Shown: positions 57,965-64,000 of the stretch, in pieces
Layout: every line of letters begins with the position of its first letter
Numbering within the stretch: the first letter of the stretch is position 1
Assembly (NCBI GenBank): GCA_964016885.1
Contig: OZ024744.1
Coordinates: 33,604,001 to 33,668,000, forward strand
Direction of reading: 5' to 3'
Length of the DNA stretch: 64,000 bases
Origin: Eledone cirrhosa
Lineage: Eukaryota
Translations under genes and position numbers: made by a program
Notes under the pieces: model-generated
Database searches by the model: none
What the model saw: only the letters and a program-made list of their open reading frames with translations
Told to the model about the DNA's origin: nothing

Positions 57965-60225
57965 AATTGGTTATGCACGAGTGCATTAAGGTTTTCCAGG
58001 GCACAGTGTTATGTACCGTGTAGGGGAAGGTCAGCTTACAACAGAGTGGTGCTCAACGAAATGCAGAAAATAGGTGTATATTCCAGTTTAGCTATACTCC
58101 GGGGCGTGTATAAAGAATCAAAAAGAACAGAAAGATGCAGTAAAAGAGATTTATTCGGTTCTAACGTACGTTTCAATAGACATCAATTTGCCTAGATCTC
58201 GCTGCATCTATAATATTATATAGTTAGTAGAACATTCGACATCCAATGCACTATTGATTCCATATCATCAGAGATTATATTTACCGTACCAGAATGTTCA
58301 GGTTTTTATAGGAATTCATGTGAAGTTGAAGTAGAGAAGAAGGAGGATGTGACAAAGACGAGAGAAATAGGGGGGGTTTTCATGGTTGTTGATGTAAAAC
58401 AGAGGGGAGGATAAAATACGATAATGAAGTCTAGATATGGACTAGTCCAACTGTGTGTGTGCTAGGGAGATGGTAGACGTTGATAGGTTTATGATCTATG
58501 AAAGATGGAGGCAGGGGAGATTAGGCCGAGTTACTTGTAAAGTATGTAGGAGGAGATGTTGAATATGGGAGATGTGGTCAATAGAAGGCATAGCAATAAT
58601 CCATGGGGATAGATAGAGGAGGTAGAAGGAAGATAGAGGAAAGCAGAAGTCGCAGGATCAAATCAAGCCAGGTTTGTATTTCGAGAACGTAGCCTTGAGT
58701 CTATGATTGCAATATAGAGTCCTTTCCGTTCTGTTGTTGAGAAGAGTATAATTGGATTTTAGTATGTAAAATAGCTCCATATTGCATAATCGGCAGTAAG
58801 GCTGGCCTGCACGATATGCGGAAGCACTAGAGAGTTTTGTCCATTTCAAAGTGTATTGCAGGTTACTTTCGCGCAACTGCCAAATTGTATTGGTAGTTAC
58901 GGAACGGTATTTGATGTTCTTCATCGAACTACGGTGTTGGTACGAACGAGATTTAAAAGTGGTAGAGGTACAGCCGATATAGTGCCATCTCCGGTTATCC
59001 GATTCAACGGGGCATTGATACACCATATTGGATTCCATGCATTTGTTATTCAGAGGGCAACGATCAGGTAGGTTGCAGTTGCACTTATCAGCTCCTGTAG
59101 TATTATTATCTTGTACAGGTTGCATTAGGTTTATATGTGTGTCTGCTGCAGGAGGGTTTACATTCAGTGGTTGAGAGTTTGAGGAAGTGTTAATGTAGTT
59201 TGGGGTGCTTCGTGTGGATGTGCTGACTAATCGTTTGGAGTTAAGTTTTTTAATAATTAGATCGAGATTGGGTGCTGTAGAATATGAAAACTTAATGGAC
59301 CTTAGATTTAGTATTTTAGCGTATCGATGTGTAGGAGGAAAATGTGTTTTGATTAAATTGAAGAAAAGTGAAGAAATTTTAGGAGATGTTGAGGCATTGT
59401 ATATTGGGTTGTACCAAAGGTAGCTACGATTCCGCTTTCTAGCTAGGTTGGGTTGTGTGCTTCTATTTCGACTATGCCTGTGCGGAAAGTGTATGTTGTG
59501 TATCGTACCTATATTATTGTTTATGCTAGTGCGTTGTGAGCCCTTATTTCTATATTGGTGTGCTGGATCTATGTACTCTATTTTGTCTTGGTATCCAGCC
59601 GCCTTAAGCGCGTTGTTATAGTAGTAAGCGTGCTCACTAAAGACCTGGGGGGTAGATGACAGGCGTGATATTCTAAGGGAGATGGCCCGAGGGATAGCCG
59701 TATAACCGAGGGTGGATGATTAGATTTATGGTCAACATACATAATATTTTCATTAGATTTATGGAATGGGCTGATTTCCCCCCGTCTCTAGATTAAATGT
59801 TACGTCCAAGAAATCTCCCCTGCTTCCATCTATCATAGATCATAAACCTATCAACGTCTACCATCTCCCTAGCACACACACAGTTGGACTAGTCCATATC
59901 AAGACTTCCTTATCGTATTTTATCCTCCCCTCTGTTTTACATCAACAACCATGAAAACCCCCCCTATTTCTCTCGTCTTTGTCACATCCTCCTTCTTCTC
60001 TACTTCAACTTCACATGAATTCCTATAAAAACCTGAACATTCTGGTACGGTAAATATAATCTCTGATGATATGGAATCAATAGTGCATTGGATGTCGAAT
60101 GTTCTACTAACTATATAATATTATAGATGCAGCGAGATCTAGGCAAATTGATGTCTATTGAAACGTACGTTAGAACCGAATAAATCTCTTTTACTGCATC
60201 TTTCTGTTCTTTTTGATTCTTTATA
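57965..60225 (-). mobile_element. Third PLE family (probably Hydra-clade): 3' half of RT + GIY-YIG, with inverted pLTR
   Basis: FLDVTFNL (about 59810), ORF 58658-59125 CNC-x5-C-x5-C..MVYQC..YIGCT..KW..CRLC..CNHR; 59818-60225 is the reverse complement of about 58108-58515. Confidence 0.88.
60059..60175 (+). ncRNA. Hammerhead with a stem II domain of about 90 nt (mirror copy 58159-58275 -)
   Basis: TCT-CTGATGA-tATGGAATCAAT...ATTGATgTCTATt-GAAA-CGTACG-TT-AGA; stem I only 3 bp. Confidence 0.62.
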
Positions 60226-60269
60226 TATATATATATATATATAAATATATACACACACACACACATATA

Positions 60270-60342
<73 letters not shown>

Positions 60343-60430
60343 ATGTGTGTGTTTATATACGTATATAGTAATAATAATAAATTTGAAGACTAAAATCCAA
60401 AGAGGGCTCGATAAGGATAAATATATATAT

Positions 60431-60486
<56 letters not shown>

Positions 60487-60504
60487 TTTAAATATATATA
60501 TTTT

Positions 60505-60538
<34 letters not shown>

Positions 60539-60815
60539 AAAGTTAAACAAGGTTCAATGAATACATCAAAGAATGAATTTTACAATAGATTAGAAGCACT
60601 CAACAGTAACAGGTTTTCCAGAGTTATTAATATTAATTCAAAATATTAACAAAATAGATATTCTTGTGATCAATTATATTTTATTATACATATTTCAGAG
60701 GTACTGAGTTAAGTTCAACAGTACGTCCTCATCAGATAAAATAAGATGATGCATGACATACCCTGACATAGTAGATGGTTAAGATTCAGTCATGGTAAGA
60801 TTCTACCATGAGTCT

Positions 60816-60882
60816 TATTTTATCTGATGAGGACGTACTGTTGAACTTAACTCAGTACCTCTGAAATATGTATAATAAAATA
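60816..60882 (+). ncRNA. Type-I hammerhead (mirror copy 60677-60743 -) in fold-back 60628-60930
   Basis: 8-bp stem I TATTTTAT/ATAAAATA, CTGATGA, GGAcGTACTG/CAGTACcTCT, GAAA, TATGTA, TA. Confidence 0.85.
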
Positions 60883-60922
60883 TAATTGATCACAAGAATA
60901 TCTATTTTGTTAATATTTTGAA

Positions 60923-61012
<90 letters not shown>

Positions 61013-61084
61013 AAATCGCGGTCTAGCAAATAGAGAAGGAGTTTTAAAATAAATTAAAAAAAATTCGCTGTACTTACTATATGT

Positions 61085-61166
61085 GCCTTTACCGCGGTTT
61101 CATGCTCCAGAATAAACGGAAAATCCAATCGTATTTTCATTGAGAAGGGATCAATCTTCAGAAGGC
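61085..61166 (-). ncRNA. Type-I hammerhead with long stem II domain
   Basis: GCCTT-CTGAAGA-tTGaTCC...GGAgCAt-GAAA-CCGCGG-TA-AAGGC. Confidence 0.78.
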
Positions 61167-61464
61167 TCTTCTCCTTCGGAGAATATAAAATTCCCGAGTT
61201 CAAATCACAAACTGACGCCATACAAAACCATTCCCAAATGAGAGCGGATGATGGAAGAAATAATTCTGTCTGGTGCCGTGTGCAAAGACAAAAGCAGGGT
61301 GGACAGGTCAATGTCCTGCCACTAAAATTTGCAGCAGTCCAAACGACCATAATTTTATCTCTACCTTAGGGGGAGATCAATAATAATAAAGTATGAATTC
61401 CTACGTGTAAAAAATACATATAGGGAAACAAGTATTATCCAACCGTATGCCAATGTGGTTCTAT

Positions 61465-64000
61465 ATATATATGTATGTAAAATGTAAACAGAAATAACAA
61501 CACAATCGGTACAGTATATGGAAGGTATATATTAGGTTAACGCTTGATATAGCAGGAAGAGGGTCTTAACGTTTCGGACGCTAGTCCTTCATCAGAAGAA
61601 AGAATGAGAAATAAAATAGATTAAGGGGACGGGCGGGATGGAATTGGAAAACATGTCTTTAGATAAAAATAATAGGTCCATTCATGTTGACATCTCTTGC
61701 AAAACTATTGGTGCTGGCGTTTTGCGTATGATTTGTTTTTTAGAAAAGTGGATGATGGCGCGTGTCTACCTGAAATGGAAAAAAAACTGTTTTGTAAAAA
61801 GAGCTATACTTGAGCACGTGCGTAAGCATGAGTGTTAGTGTGTGTGTGTGTATGTGGGGGGGGGGGGTTACTAGAGGTCCGTACGAAGCTAAGAAGAGAT
61901 ATGTGTGTATATGTGAGTAAAAGAGTGTGTGTGCATGTAAGTACGAAGCTATGAGCAAAGAGAAAGCGATAGGAATCTAGGGGTGTGATAATGGACGAGG
62001 TATTAGAGAAATTGGGGAGGTGAGTTGAGTCCAAGAGGGGAATAGGACCCAAGACGGTGAATCTGACTTTGTTCAGTCCTGGTGCGCGATCCATGATGTA
62101 AAAGGACACCCAGGACTGAAACATGTAGGGAAGAATAACCAGGAGAACAGAAATGACGGGCGACAGGAGTATTCAAACCGAGTCGTATGTCCCTCAAATG
62201 TTCGGCAAAACGGTCCGACATACGGTGTCCCGTTTGTCCGATATATAAAGATCCGCAAAGGGAACACTGGAGGGCATAGACAACGTGGGTGGATGTGCAG
62301 GTGAAGGAATGGTGGATACGGAAAGACCCGTTAGCGCCTGTAAGAGTGGCGAGGGTGGAAATAAAGGGGCAAATGTTGCAGCGGGAACAAGGATGAGAGC
62401 CGGGTGGAGTCGTGGGAGAGGACGAAAAGAACTACGAACCAGGGGGTCTGAGGTTTCGGGCGCGCTTAAAGGCAGTAATGGGTGGATTTGGAAAAAAGCG
62501 AGAAGTGAGGGGGTCAGAAGAGAGGATACGGAAGGAACGGAGGATATGTCGCAGGAGTGATAGGGTGTTGGAGAGGTAGGTGAGAGGGAAAGGAACGCGG
62601 GTGTTGGGAGGGAGGGGTTAGGTGAGAGGGCTGTGGTTCGGTCTGTTTCGCGGGTGCGGATGAGAGCAGCTTGGATCAGGGTGGGAGGATATCCACGCTG
62701 GATGAAACAGGAAACCATGTGATAGGGGATGGGTTTCGAAATCGTCGTCCTGGCTACAGAGTCGACGAAGACGGAGGAATTCGGAATAGGGTATGGAGTA
62801 TTCGGTGTGGGTTGGATGGGAGGAGGTGAAGTCGAGGTAAGATTGGGCGTCTGTTGGTTTAATGTAGGATGGAAGTAGAGAGGGTGTGGTGAGAGTGATT
62901 AATAGATAGAGAGATATCTAGAAAAGAGAGAGAAGAATCGGAGACGGAGGCGGTGAAAGTGAGAGCAGGATGGAAATATTGGACAAAAGATAGAAAACAG
63001 TCGAGCTGTTCTCGTGATAGAGAGGAGGTGCCGATACAGTCGTCAATATAACGACCGTATAGCTCAGGAGTCAGTCTAGCGTACTGGGAGAAGATCTGGG
63101 CTTCGGCGTAGCCAACAAACAAGTTGGCATAGTTTGGCCCCATTCTGGTTCCCATCGCTACCCCAGAGACCTGTTGATAAATTTCACCCGAAAAAGAAAA
63201 TCCATTAAGGGTGAGAACAAGCTCAGCCAGACGGAGTAGAGGGGTAGTGCTGGGGTAAGAGGTAGGGCGTAAATCTAAAATATGTTGGAGAGCGTGGAAG
63301 CCGTCATCATGAGGGATGTCAGTATAGAGAGAAGTGATGTCCAGGGTAAAGAGAAGGCGGGAGGGACCAGGAGGGAAGGAGAAAGAGTTGAAGAGTCTAA
63401 GGGCATGATTTGTATCGTGGATGTGGGAGGGGAGATTGCCGACCAACGGGGCGAGGAGGTGTCTAAATATTCAGAAATTATCTCGGTGGGGCAGTTGCTC
63501 GTAGAAACGATAGGACGGCCAGGATTATTTTGTTTGTGTATTTTGGGGAGGAAGTAGATGGTGGTTGTGCGAGGGGTGCATACAATAAAGTTGGTGGCTG
63601 TAAGGAGTAGGTGAGATGAGGAGATGAGCTGGTGAATGGTGGAGGACACGAGTTGTTGGTAGCCAGAAGTGGGGTCGGAGGATAGAGGGCGGTAAAAAGG
63701 GGTATTGTGAAGCTGGCGGATAGTCTCAGCCCTATAGAGGTTAGCGTTCCAAACCACCACAGCGCCACCTTTGTCAGCGCCACACCGAAGGTTGCGAAGA
63801 GCGGAGAGCTCAGTCCACGTGATGTTAGAGCTACGAGAATGCTGGTGGAAACGGAACCGATTCACAGTACGCCGGCAAGTATCGACAAAGGAGTCGAGGG
63901 AGCTGAACTGGCCAGAGCTCGGCGTCCAACGTGATTGCTGGCGACTGAGACAAGTGAAGTCATCCGTCTGTGTTGATGATAGCGTATCGTGAAATATATG
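61465..64000 (-). mobile_element. Fourth PLE family (Neptune-like), degenerate RT + GIY-YIG, continues beyond the window
   Basis: ADKGGAVVV, PKIHK..PGRPIVS, TLDITSLYT, GVAMGTRMGPNYANLF, RYIDD, FLDI, DRFAEHLRDI..PVARHF; many frameshifts. Confidence 0.92.
61564..61599 (-). ncRNA. Minimal hammerhead in the PLE 3' pLTR
   Basis: TCTT-CTGATGA-a-GGAC tagc GTCC-GAAA-CG-TT-AAGA. Confidence 0.85.

Overview
AT-rich, microsatellite-saturated animal genomic DNA, most likely an octopod cephalopod (inferred from CORE-type tRNA-SINEs and a SINE tail resembling known octopus repeats). I find no host gene; most ORFs in the track are translations of (TA)n, (CA)n and (CATA)n repeats. The window is a nest of retroelements. 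These include an R4/Dong-type RT+RLE LINE and two Tx1 LINEs at (TAA)n tracts, two more RLE fragments in (CATA)n, RTE and CR1 fragments, and at least four Penelope-like element (PLE) families, one with a long open RT+GIY-YIG frame. There are also a Tc1 transposon, MITEs, SINEs and two minisatellites. The hidden layer is RNA: more than 20 type-I hammerhead ribozyme (HHR) motifs in about 10 sequence families, most with palindromic stem III. The best candidate for an undescribed system is a non-coding 467-nt unit at 22.1-23.0 kb. It is bounded by two tandem hammerheads, pairs by eye into a multibranched structure closing near the ribozyme, and is fused to a truncated PLE inside one (TA)n-flanked insertion. 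This looks like a retrozyme (candidate circular RNA) mobilised by PLE machinery. All structures were paired by hand and are not computed; element boundaries are approximate to a few bases.
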